Translations under genes and position numbers: made by a program
The notes under the pieces: generated by a model
The model's database searches: none
Told to the model about the DNA's origin: nothing
Seen by the model: only the letters and a program-made list of their open reading frames with translations
From: an uncultured virus (IMG/VR IMGVR_UViG_3300043449_002525)
Lineage: Duplodnaviria; Heunggongvirae; Uroviricota; Caudoviricetes
IMG/VR virus record: IMGVR_UViG_3300043449_002525
Direction: 5' to 3' (one strand)
DNA: 64,000 bases
Shown: positions 39,380 through 49,400 of the stretch, piece by piece
Position numbering within the stretch: the first letter of the stretch is position 1
Layout of the letters: each line of letters starts with the position of its first letter

Positions 39380-42349
39380 ATGATCCCAGGCGTATACTCC
39401 GGCGAAGTTGACCTAACGGGCGTGACTTCAACACCCCCGTCAGGCCCATCTGCAGGTATCATCGGTACGGCACAGTCAGGTCCAGCGTTCGTTCCTGTTG
39501 CTGTAGGATCCGTATCTGACTTCAACCGTGTCTTTGGCGACGCAACAAGCACAAATTTTGGTGCTCTCGCAGGGCAGCAGTACTTTGCCAATGCCGCCTC
39601 TCCCGCCTCAGTCACGTTCCTGCGCACTCTGGGCGCCGGCGATGGCCTCAAGAGAAGCACATCAACAGGTCAAGTGACGAATGCAGGTTTTGTTGTAGGT
39701 AGTAAGCAGGTTCAAAGCAACGGCGCAGTTAGCAGAAATATCTCTGCTGTCGATGGTGGCGTCCCAGGCCGGACGTACTTCCTTGGTTGCTACATGTCAG
39801 AGAGTGCGGGCAGCACAGTCTTCTCTGATGCGGGTATCCAGACAAGCCCTAAAGCACATCCTATACTTCGTGCCGTCGTTCTCGCACCATCAGGTGTAAC
39901 ACTCACATTATCAGGTAATTTTAATACTTCTAATGCACCCGCTTCAACTGCTGCAACGGCGGGCGGCCCAAATGGTGCTCTGACGGGATCAGTCAGCATC
40001 GGCGACTCAACGTTCGTAATGCTTCTAAATGGCTACACGGGCACAGTCAATACTATCACAGCGTCGTTTGATCCTGCAAATTCTAATCACTTTGCCTCCA
40101 ATGCCAGCATCAACCGCGATCCTACAAAGATCGAGGAGAAGGGACACTACCTCTACACTTACTATGATGTTCCTGCGTCACTTGCAGTTGTGACAGGATC
40201 AGGTATCCTTGACGCAGCATCTGCACGTATCTTTACAGGACTTGAGGATGCGGCATTCATTACGACAGGCAGCCTCACAAGAGACACAAGCTCTGCAACA
40301 ACACCCAACTACGAGAACTTTAGCGAGCGGTTTACACACCCCAAGACACCCTTCGTTGTCTCACAAGATTTTGGTGGAACAAAGTACGATCTCTTCAGGA
40401 TACACACACTTGGCGACGGTGCTTACAATAACACGCGCTTTGTGTTCAACATCCAGAACATCGTTCCAGGTGTAGACAACGACACGTACGGAACGTTTGA
40501 TCTCGTGCTCTACAGCTATCCTGTAGGTCAGGTGTTCAACCTCACACCGGTCGCAGGCGTCGACTTCTCTGGATTGACGCTTGATCCCGACTCACCCAAC
40601 TACATTGCACTTCGCATCGGTGACCAGAACACGTACTTCGACTTCGACAAGGGTATCACATCCCAGAAGATCGTCACAGATGGTGACTATCCAGTCATCA
40701 ATCCCTACATTCGCGTTGAGATGTCTGACCAGTTCCTCGCAGGCGAAGTTCCAGTCGCAGCTCTCCCCATTGGACACAGAGGCTACGGACACTTAGTCAC
40801 ATCAGGTAGCGCACTGCTCACAAATCTCTCTGACACCGCCCGCTTTGCATCAGGTCAGACAGACGTCCTCAAGCGCGTCATTGAGCCACCCATCCCATAC
40901 CGTAGAAACATCTCAAACGGTGGCGTGGTGGATACATCTCTGGCATGGGGCATCCAGTTCACAGACGTGCCAAGCGTCTCTGACTTTAACTCAACAACAG
41001 CTAAGCTGTCCTACATTGACAGTCACACGAAGTTCTTCCCATCATTTGCTCCTGCAAACATGAACGTCTTCGTTGACAACAATCCCGGCGCAGCAACAAC
41101 AAATGGTAACGTCCTCGATGTCGACGTCTTCAACAGCAACTTCTTCTCGCTTGAGAGGATAAAAGTTGTGACAGGATCGTCAGCAATCAACAATCGCGCT
41201 GATAGCTCACAGTGGGCGAATGCAACATACGTCAGAAACGGTAACATCTCTCCTGATGCTGCAGCAAAGACACGTGCTTTCCAGGTAGACGACCTCCGAG
41301 AGACGGGCAACAGGCAGTTTGCATCGTTCCTGTTCATCGCCCAGGGTGGCTTCGACGGCACCAACATCTTCAATGCTGACAAGGCAGCACTCACAAACGA
41401 CGCCGTCAAGAGAGAGATCGACGACACAGCAGGTCAGGGTGGAACCGCAGGGCCCACTGTGGCAGCCTACCGCAAGGCAGTCGACATCATGGGCAGCAAG
41501 GATGACGCTGACATCACACTCCTGACAATTCCAGGCATCAGAAACAGCGTCATCACAGACTACGCGATCAGCGCAGTCGAGAACCGCTTTGACACACTCT
41601 ACTTGATGGACATCGAGGAGCGTGACAGCTACAACGTCGTCCTGACAGGCTCTTATGACGGCGCCACAGTGAGCATCACAAATACGATCAACGCCTTCAG
41701 CAATCGTGGGCTCAACACATCGTTTGCAGCAGCATACTTCCCTGACATCAACATTCCTTTCCAGGGATCGACCACGCGCGTTCCACCCAGCGTCGGCGTC
41801 TTGGGTGCATTTGCTTACAACGACCGCGTATCATATCCCTGGTTCGCGCCCGCTGGAGCAAATCGCGGTGTCATCACGACAGTCGGTTCAGCAGCGACCC
41901 AGATCAAGCAGGGCACGCTCGCTGACTCGATCTACGACGCACACATCAACCCCATCCTCGACATCACGGCCAACTCCGATCGCAAGCTGGTGATCTACGG
42001 ACAACGGACGCTGCTTGCAAAGGCATCTGCTCTCGATCGAGTCAACGTCCGTCGTCTTCTGATCACTCTCCGCCGTCAAGTTCGCGCTGTGTCCAATCAG
42101 ATCATCTTCGAGCCCAACACAGCAGCAACGCTGGAGCGCTTCAACAGCCTCGTCAATCCCATCCTCGCATCGATCCGCGCGAAGGGTGGCCTCGACCGCT
42201 ACAAGGTTGTGATCGACTCGACAACCACGACTCAGGCCGACATCAACAACAACACGATCCGTGGTAAGATCTTCATCCAACCTACCCGCAGCATCGAGTT
42301 CATCGCACTTAGCTTTGAACTTACCAATGCAGGCGTTACACTCACTTGA
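39380..42349 (+). CDS. Tail sheath protein 2 (gp18-like paralogue)
   Basis: PGVYSGEVD, GIIGTAQSGPAFVPV, WFAPAGANRG, GQRTL, RVNVRRL, PTRSIEFIALSF. Confidence 0.93.
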   Translation: MIPGVYSGEVDLTGVTSTPPSGPSAGIIGTAQSGPAFVPVAVGSVSDFNRVFGDATSTNFGALAGQQYFANAASPASVTFLRTLGAGDGLKRSTSTGQVTNAGFVVGSKQVQSNGAVSRNISAVDGGVPGRTYFLGCYMSESAGSTVFSDAGIQTSPKAHPILRAVVLAPSGVTLTLSGNFNTSNAPASTAATAGGPNGALTGSVSIGDSTFVMLLNGYTGTVNTITASFDPANSNHFASNASINRDPTKIEEKGHYLYTYYDVPASLAVVTGSGILDAASARIFTGLEDAAFITTGSLTRDTSSATTPNYENFSERFTHPKTPFVVSQDFGGTKYDLFRIHTLGDGAYNNTRFVFNIQNIVPGVDNDTYGTFDLVLYSYPVGQVFNLTPVAGVDFSGLTLDPDSPNYIALRIGDQNTYFDFDKGITSQKIVTDGDYPVINPYIRVEMSDQFLAGEVPVAALPIGHRGYGHLVTSGSALLTNLSDTARFASGQTDVLKRVIEPPIPYRRNISNGGVVDTSLAWGIQFTDVPSVSDFNSTTAKLSYIDSHTKFFPSFAPANMNVFVDNNPGAATTNGNVLDVDVFNSNFFSLERIKVVTGSSAINNRADSSQWANATYVRNGNISPDAAAKTRAFQVDDLRETGNRQFASFLFIAQGGFDGTNIFNADKAALTNDAVKREIDDTAGQGGTAGPTVAAYRKAVDIMGSKDDADITLLTIPGIRNSVITDYAISAVENRFDTLYLMDIEERDSYNVVLTGSYDGATVSITNTINAFSNRGLNTSFAAAYFPDINIPFQGSTTRVPPSVGVLGAFAYNDRVSYPWFAPAGANRGVITTVGSAATQIKQGTLADSIYDAHINPILDITANSDRKLVIYGQRTLLAKASALDRVNVRRLLITLRRQVRAVSNQIIFEPNTAATLERFNSLVNPILASIRAKGGLDRYKVVIDSTTTTQADINNNTIRGKIFIQPTRSIEFIALSFELTNAGVTLT

Positions 42350-42377
42350 TAGATAGTTAAAGACAGGAGAATTTAAT

Positions 42378-42866
42378 ATGGCAGAGACACTCTCAGTCAC
42401 CGACATGCTTCCCAATAAGTTTGAGCCGAAACGTTCCCACCGTTGGGTTTTCGCACTCGAGGGTATCGACTCATATCTTATCTCAAAAGCAGCGCGTCCA
42501 ACTATTTCAAATGCTGAAAAGACAATTCCCTGGATTAACAGCACACGCTACCTCGCAGGTAAGTTCACATTCGGTGATCTGTCAATTGAACTCCACGACC
42601 CAATCGCACCTTCAGGTGCTCAGCAGGTCATGGAATGGATCCGCACGCACCAGGAGATGGTGAGCGGCCGTGCTGGTTACGCTGACTTCTACAAGCGTGA
42701 CTGCCAGCTCAAGATGCTCGATCCTGTCGGAACTGTTGTTGAGCTTTGGGATATCAAGGGAGCGTTCATCAAGTCAGCAACGTATAACGGCGTTGACTAC
42801 GGGTCAGATGAAATTATGAAGATTGCACTCACTCTGAAGTTTGACAACTGCGTACTTCAGTTTTGA
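42378..42866 (+). CDS. Tail tube protein (gp19-like)
   Basis: FEPKRSHRW, RYLAGKFTF, QQVMEW, LDPVGTVVELWDIKGAFI; 162 aa directly after sheaths; AGGAG SD. Confidence 0.88.
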   Translation: MAETLSVTDMLPNKFEPKRSHRWVFALEGIDSYLISKAARPTISNAEKTIPWINSTRYLAGKFTFGDLSIELHDPIAPSGAQQVMEWIRTHQEMVSGRAGYADFYKRDCQLKMLDPVGTVVELWDIKGAFIKSATYNGVDYGSDEIMKIALTLKFDNCVLQF

Positions 42867-42886
42867 TCTTTCTCATTTAACAGTTG

Positions 42887-42924
42887 AAGCTCCCATCTAT
42901 ATTTTAGTTGGGAGCTTTTATTTT
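42887..42924 (+). terminator. Stem-loop/terminator after tail tube that overlaps the next gene's SD
   Basis: AAGCTCCCA(42887-95)...TGGGAGCTT(42909-17) followed by TTATTTT. Confidence 0.65.
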
Positions 42925-43780
42925 GGCACGCAAGAACGATATTTTTACAGCAAGTCAGGCGACACAGAAGACAACTTCTCCTGTTGAAGGTGTCATGCGT
43001 CAAGATCCAATGAAGGAATTTGGCTGGGAAGTTCCCTATGAGATTGCGCCGCTTCCTTCACGTGGCCTTGTCTACGACAAGAATAGCCCATTGCACAACA
43101 AAGAAAGTATCAGCATCAAGGCAATGACTGCCAAGGAAGAAGACATTCTTCTTTCTCGTGCCTTCTCTAAGGCGGGAACAACAGTATCAGAATTGCTTCG
43201 CTCATGTATTTCTGAGCAAGGAGTCGATGCATCTCATCTCCTGTCAGGAGATCGGCAGTCGATCCTCGTTGCCATACGAATTACTGGGTACGGATCGAGC
43301 TATGATGCCGAGGTCATATGCCCAGCTTGCGTCAGTCGAGTGAAAAATCAGTTTGATCTGTCAGCTTTGACGCTTCATCCACTTGAGATCGAGCCTAAGA
43401 TGCCAGGCATCAATGAGTTTGAGTTTGTCTTACCTGTGACAAAGAAGCGTGTCATCTTCAAGTTCTTGACTGGGCGTGATGAGGAAGAGCTTAGCGTTCT
43501 AACAGAGCGACGCCGCAAGCTCCTCGGCGACGCTGCAGAAAATCCTGTCACAACAAAGCTTTCCCACCAGATCATCTCAATCGAAGGCATCACAGACAAG
43601 AATAAGATTAGCACATTCGTCACGAACATGCCTGCAGCTGACAGCCGAGCACTCAGGAACTACATCGAGAAGAATGAGCCCGGCATCGACATGAATGTGC
43701 AGATGACATGCCCAAGCTGCAGCGCAGAGAGCGAGGTGGGCCTGCCAATCGGCCCATCCTTTTTTTGGCCTAAATCCTGA
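42923..43780 (+). CDS. Tail/baseplate assembly chaperone (T4 gp26-like)
   Basis: LPSRGLVY, KAMTAKEEDIL, GDRQSILVAIRITGYG, two CPxC motifs, ends SFFWP; between tube and tape measure. Start TTG 42923 after GGAG (42911). Confidence 0.8.
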   Translation: MARKNDIFTASQATQKTTSPVEGVMRQDPMKEFGWEVPYEIAPLPSRGLVYDKNSPLHNKESISIKAMTAKEEDILLSRAFSKAGTTVSELLRSCISEQGVDASHLLSGDRQSILVAIRITGYGSSYDAEVICPACVSRVKNQFDLSALTLHPLEIEPKMPGINEFEFVLPVTKKRVIFKFLTGRDEEELSVLTERRRKLLGDAAENPVTTKLSHQIISIEGITDKNKISTFVTNMPAADSRALRNYIEKNEPGIDMNVQMTCPSCSAESEVGLPIGPSFFWPKS

Positions 43781-43967
43781 GCACCGCGAAGTGATGCTCG
43801 AGGAGGCATTCATCCTCGGGATGCACATGCACATGTCGTACGACACCGTCTATCACCTGCCAGTTCGTTATCGACGCTGGTTCATTGAGCGCCTGATCAA
43901 GTACAACACACCCAAGCGTGCATCTGCCATGGAAGATGTCGATACGCCGCTCGTGAAAGCGACGTAG
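43761..43967 (+). CDS. Second chaperone ORF (lambda gpT-equivalent position), reached by frameshift or own start at 43791/43794
   Basis: Open +1 frame FFGLNPEHREVMLEEAFILGMHMHMSYDTVYHLPVRYRRWFIERL...; absent from the ORF track; fills the gap before the tape measure. Confidence 0.7.
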   Translation, partial: FFGLNPEHREVMLEEAFILGMHMHMSYDTVYHLPVRYRRWFIERLIKYNTPKRASAMEDVDTPLVKAT

Positions 43968-43996
43968 TCGAATACATAAACATAAGAGTGTAAAGC

Positions 43997-46288
43997 ATGG
44001 CAGATCCTGCAGTTGAAAGTGCACAAAAACGTCTTGAGATCGAGGAAGCGATCGCTCGCGTCATGGCCAAAGAAGGCGAGATCATGGTGCAGAATGAGAA
44101 GCTTAGAGCTGCTCAGGCTGCAAATAATTCTCAAGACGCTGAAAGAGCAAGAACTGAAATAGGAAAACTCCAGAGCCAGATTGAAGTTCTTAGGAAGTCA
44201 ACAGGCATAGTAACCTCGCGCACGTCTGATTTTAGTAGAGCGATCAACGATGTTGGCACCTCATCGGCTTCCACAAGAAGTTCTATCGGGGGTGTGTCTG
44301 ACGCGACAGGAATGTTTGGTGCAGCCACAGGGGCTGTGATAGATCAACTGGTACAATTTAGAGAACAACTACAAGGTATCTCTCAAGATCGATACGACTT
44401 CGTGACTTCTATATCTGAAGCAATCGGTGGCTCGTCGCGCTTTTACGCTTTGAATGCTGAAAAAGTTAATTCATTCGATGAAGAGATGTCGACCTATCAA
44501 CGTAATAACCTTGATCGCATGCAGGTGTATTACAGAAACTTGGGTAGCTTGGCTAAAATAAATGGAGCCGATTTAACAGCCGCACAGATGGAAGTCATCG
44601 GAGCAGTCGGTGCTGGTTCTGATGCTTTCCAGAAAGGGCAGTTTGCAGCTAGGAAGTTCTTTGGGCTCGCATCTGGTTTTAGAAAAGACGCGCAGGGCCA
44701 AATACTGCCCGATGGCTTCTTTCGGATCCAGGGCATACCAGTTGAAGATGTGTTCGGTAGCGCTGCCGCCGCAATGCAACCTCTCACAGACATCCTGTCT
44801 GATGAGACACTAACAACAGCGTTTTCGAAGCGTATCCACGATGAGGAGAGTGCCGAGGCGGTCATCAATGACACGCTGCGCATGAGCACAGCCATCAAGG
44901 CGTTCGGCATCTCGTCGGCACAGGCAACTGAGCTCGTACGATTGAACTACATCAACACGGGCGAAGCGAGCACAGATTACTTCAATACAGTCGTCAAAGC
45001 AGCGACTTACGGTGAGAAAGCATTCGGTTATAGCAGTCAACTCATCATCAGCGACGTCATCAAAATGTCAAATAACTTTGACACATTTGGTTTTAGAACT
45101 GCTGAGGATTTTGCAAAGATTTCAGCTGCTGCACACGATGTGCATCTAACCATCAACGATCTACAAAGTGTGATGGGTAAGTTCAACACGTTCGAGTCAG
45201 CAGCGGGTGCAGTTGGACAGCTAAATGCAGCGCTGGGAACGAACTTTGATGCACTTGAGCTGATGACACTCAAGTTTGAGGATCCTGCTCAATTTATCCA
45301 ACGCTTGCGTGATGGCTTCGTGTCAGCGGGCAAGACGTTCGAGGATCTTCCGCAGACATACCGTTCAATGATCACCCAACAGCTGGGTATCACCATGGAA
45401 GGCTTGCGCGGGATCATGGACGGGTCGGCACGCAACCTTGACGACCTCACACGGCAGCAGGAAGATGCAACTGCTCTTTACGATAAGGCGGGTCAAACAG
45501 AAGCAGAGAAGCAAGCAGCACTCGATGAGATCGTCAAAGGACGCGTCAAGATCACGGGCGACATGATCGAGTCGGCAGGTAACATGGCTGAACAGGCCAT
45601 GCGCGCGGCGAACCGGTACGAGAACACAACCAATCTATACATACAACGAACTGCCGAAGTGGCTGACAGCATCAACGACACTGCAGCGAAAATTGCGCAA
45701 GGCACAATACCAATGCTTAGAACGCAGATTGAAAGTCAAGTTGCAGCAATGTCAGGTGTACTCAAGGGTGTTCTTGATAACGCAAAGTTGACAAAAGATG
45801 CAATTGCAGAGGTTACAGCAGCAGCACAAGCTGCATATGCAGCATCGGGTCAATTAGCTGCAGACTTTGAAAAGAACTTCCCAGGCTTTATAGATGCCGC
45901 GAAGGGCCAAGGCGCACCCCGACCACTGCGCGTGCCAGCCACGTCTACGACCACAGTCAGTCCCGGAAATGCAGAAGATGTTGTCATGAGAGGCACACTT
46001 GATCCTGGTGAACGCATGGTTTTGTATAACTACGGTACACTGGCAGCAAAGAAGCTCGACGACCGCGACACATTAATAGCAGCACCGCCTGTTACAGAGG
46101 AACCCGCTGCTGCTCCGAAGTCAACTGCATCGAGACCTGCTATTCCTGCACTCTCCGATGTTGTTCGTGCATCTTTGCAGGGTGTCGGCACATCACTTCG
46201 CATCGAGCTTGATGTGGGCCAGTTGACTGACCTCGTCCTTCGTGATATCATGATGAACAAACCTAACGTCTTCGGCGGGATAGGCTGA
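43997..46288 (+). CDS. Tape measure protein (probable)
   Basis: Ala-rich helical 763 aa after the chaperone pair; FNTFESAAGAVGQLNAALG. Confidence 0.7.
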   Translation: MADPAVESAQKRLEIEEAIARVMAKEGEIMVQNEKLRAAQAANNSQDAERARTEIGKLQSQIEVLRKSTGIVTSRTSDFSRAINDVGTSSASTRSSIGGVSDATGMFGAATGAVIDQLVQFREQLQGISQDRYDFVTSISEAIGGSSRFYALNAEKVNSFDEEMSTYQRNNLDRMQVYYRNLGSLAKINGADLTAAQMEVIGAVGAGSDAFQKGQFAARKFFGLASGFRKDAQGQILPDGFFRIQGIPVEDVFGSAAAAMQPLTDILSDETLTTAFSKRIHDEESAEAVINDTLRMSTAIKAFGISSAQATELVRLNYINTGEASTDYFNTVVKAATYGEKAFGYSSQLIISDVIKMSNNFDTFGFRTAEDFAKISAAAHDVHLTINDLQSVMGKFNTFESAAGAVGQLNAALGTNFDALELMTLKFEDPAQFIQRLRDGFVSAGKTFEDLPQTYRSMITQQLGITMEGLRGIMDGSARNLDDLTRQQEDATALYDKAGQTEAEKQAALDEIVKGRVKITGDMIESAGNMAEQAMRAANRYENTTNLYIQRTAEVADSINDTAAKIAQGTIPMLRTQIESQVAAMSGVLKGVLDNAKLTKDAIAEVTAAAQAAYAASGQLAADFEKNFPGFIDAAKGQGAPRPLRVPATSTTTVSPGNAEDVVMRGTLDPGERMVLYNYGTLAAKKLDDRDTLIAAPPVTEEPAAAPKSTASRPAIPALSDVVRASLQGVGTSLRIELDVGQLTDLVLRDIMMNKPNVFGGIG

Positions 46289-46491
46289 TGCACGTCAGAG
46301 ATCTCCTTGATCTGACAGTTGAAGAGCAGGCAGCACTGCAGCATTTTGAGAAGGAGCTCGATCGCCTCGCAGCCTCCTCACCTCCCGTGATCTCAGAGAC
46401 AGAGATAAGTAAGATTGAGACATCGTTAACCAGCATCATCGAGGAGATCGTCGACCGTGGCAGAAAGCAGGCAAACAAGAGCAACGCTTAG
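46288..46491 (+). CDS. Small hypothetical protein
   Basis: TGATG coupling to tape measure; overlaps next gene by 35 nt. Confidence 0.45.
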   Translation: MHVRDLLDLTVEEQAALQHFEKELDRLAASSPPVISETEISKIETSLTSIIEEIVDRGRKQANKSNA

Positions 46492-49400
46492 AGATTTTCT
46501 CGCCGCCCGTGGGTCGAGTGCGTCATCTATCACACTGACACCTGATGCATCCAGCTCACCTCCAGGCGGTGCCTTCAATGAGGGCGACGACCTCGGCGTT
46601 GATCCGAACACTGCAGAGCCGCTGCTCGGGCTCGACGGCTTGGCGGCAGCATATGTCGCCTTCCTAACGCAGCAGAGTGGTAACCTCTACGAGATCACAC
46701 CACAAGGTGAGGAAGCACCCTCATCTAACCGCGGTGATCAGCTCCAAGATCCTAGTCAGCAAGGTGCTGCTCGCGTCTTTGTCAGGCCAGGCACGACGCT
46801 GGGACAGGCGATGCAGCTGTCCAACAGCGGCATACAAGATGCCACTGACTATCCCATCGCATCTTACCTCGACAAGACGGGCGGCAATCCTGATCTGAGC
46901 GGCGACGGATTACTTGCGTCAGTTTTGGGTCGACCTCTGGATTTGACAGGTAATCCAGAGATTGACACGCCAGTCAACACTGCCACGCAGAGTGGAAAGA
47001 TGCAGACAGGCGTCCTGCAGACGCTTGACAACAATAACAGGGCTGCACCTCCGATTGAGCCCGGCTCACTGTCGACAGTCGCGATACCAAATCGGATAAC
47101 GATCAACGAGATCGACCAGCAACCGCTGCAATCGGCACAGCGAGCGTTTGGTGACTACGACAAGGATGACGGTGCCACATCCCAAGCTTACACATACGAC
47201 AGGTTGCGGAATGTAGGCGCTTGGCTGATCGCGTCTGCAGCGGGTTACAACATGCCTGCAGGTGAGAATGAGCCCCAAGATATCGAGCAGTTCTTCACAC
47301 AGGGCATCAATCCCGACGCACGCATCAGCACCGTTGCCAATCAGCTTGCCACAAAACGAGGCAACGACACGATCACACAGGACGACACGGTGGCATCCAA
47401 CGCGCCAGGCTATCCCAAGCAAGCGTCGGGTGCCTCCATGCGCGCCGACCGCGGCGTGGTCAAGCCACCCGATGAAGATGCACCCTACTCTGAGCAGACA
47501 ACGACGTCTTATACGTCTGAGACACCCTTCTCTGACACGTCCCGTCAAGGTAATGCAAAGCTGGCACAAGCAAAGGCACTCCTCGCGATCAACCGCTTGG
47601 CAGCGCTAGTCAACGCTGATCTTGTGCAGGATCCAGACAGTGCTTTGGGGTTAACAAGTGAGTTGAAGAGTTTAGGGCCCTACTTCATGGGCGGATCTAT
47701 CTATGGACGCGTCAACGCGATGCACAGGATGATTTTGGGTGTCACTTATGTTCCAACTCGCAACGCGTACAAGGATGCCGTCGTCGCTGGCATGGGGGTC
47801 ATGCTAGGTAAGGATCTGAGCAAGAGTGGGTCACCCCGCCAGATCGGTGACTACTACGGTGCGATGCCAGTATCACCTGGGTTCTGGGAGGCAGTCGCAA
47901 AGTCAGCTGTTGACACTATCAGACAGATGCGTGTGTCAGGTGACATCGCTGATGCGCTCTCTCCGCAGTACTACGTCGATTTGAGCAGGAGTAAGGCCGT
48001 CAAGATGATGAACGCGTTCGCCACAGTCGGTGACATCATCCTCCAGGTGACAGGCAAGACGTTTGATCCAGAGACGATCGGCTCCGACATAAGGACGGCT
48101 GCTGGGATTGAGCAAGTTGACGATCTACCTGTGACACCGGGCACACGCATCTCGAAGAGCAGAGAGGGCTCGGGCAGGTCGCCACTCGCGCTCAGCTGGC
48201 GTGGCAGTAGCCTGCCCGGCCTCTACATGCTGTCAGACGACGTCGTGCGAGCGTCACTTCAGATGGGTAACCTGCTAACAGGTGAGAACCCAGCACGAGG
48301 CATGCTCGCCTCCTCGTTGATCGACAAGACGTACACGGATCCCACTCTGAAGGGCTCCAAGGCACGTATTCCAGGTGACATCGTCAAGATCATCGAGGAC
48401 AAGCTCGACGCCGAGTATGTCCCTTTCTACTTCCATGACCTCCGTACCAACGAGATCATCTCATTCCACGCGTTCCTGGAGCAGCTATCTGATGCATTTG
48501 CAGCTAACTACTCCTCCTATAAGACGTACGGGCGCGCCGACCCGATCCAGATGTACTCATCTACCACCCGCACACTATCGCTATCGTTCACGATCGCAGC
48601 GACATCCCGTGATGACTTTGATGAGATGTGGTATAAGGTCAATCGTCTAATTGCTTCGACCTATCCCAAGTACACGAAGGGACAGAGCGTAGAAAACTTA
48701 GCGAGCGGAATTAAGTTTGAGCAACCCTTCAGTCAGGTCATCGGTGCAACTCCGATCACACGGTTGCGCATCGGCGACGTTGTCAAGAGCAACTACTCAC
48801 GCTTTAATCTTGCTCGCTTCTTCGGTATCGGTAGTGAAGGCACAGATGTGGGCGGATTTAATAAGTCAAGTTCAAACACTAGATCAGGCGGTATTAGCCA
48901 GGCTTATAAAGCTGGTGCAGATGTGCAAAGCAATACAGTGGGAGGTCTTGCAGGCGGTGTAGGGTCAGCAGCCAAATCTTTGTTTGGATTTGGTGATTAT
49001 GCTTCAAGTGTATCTATGCAAAAATTTTATCTTTTATTTGGCTCACCTGTCAAAAGCGCTGCCACTGCGTTTGGTCTCGGTGATACTAATACAGGCAATA
49101 CACTTAACACATTAGCAACAAACGCTGCATCAAACTTTTTAGTCAATGGCTTTGTTAATCCACTAGGCTACGGATTAATGACTGCATTTACACAAAATCC
49201 TGACAATACGTCGACCACGGATCTAGAGGGCATTGTAGGTCTATCTGATATTCAAGGAACACAAAATAGAGGATTTGCTCCCAATCTAACGATCGCGTAT
49301 CTAAAGCCCAGAGAGCGTGCATATGACACAGTTGACGCTACTGGAAATATCATCGGTAAATTCACTGCGAGAAGAGCGCTAAAAGTTTTCGTTTTAAGAC

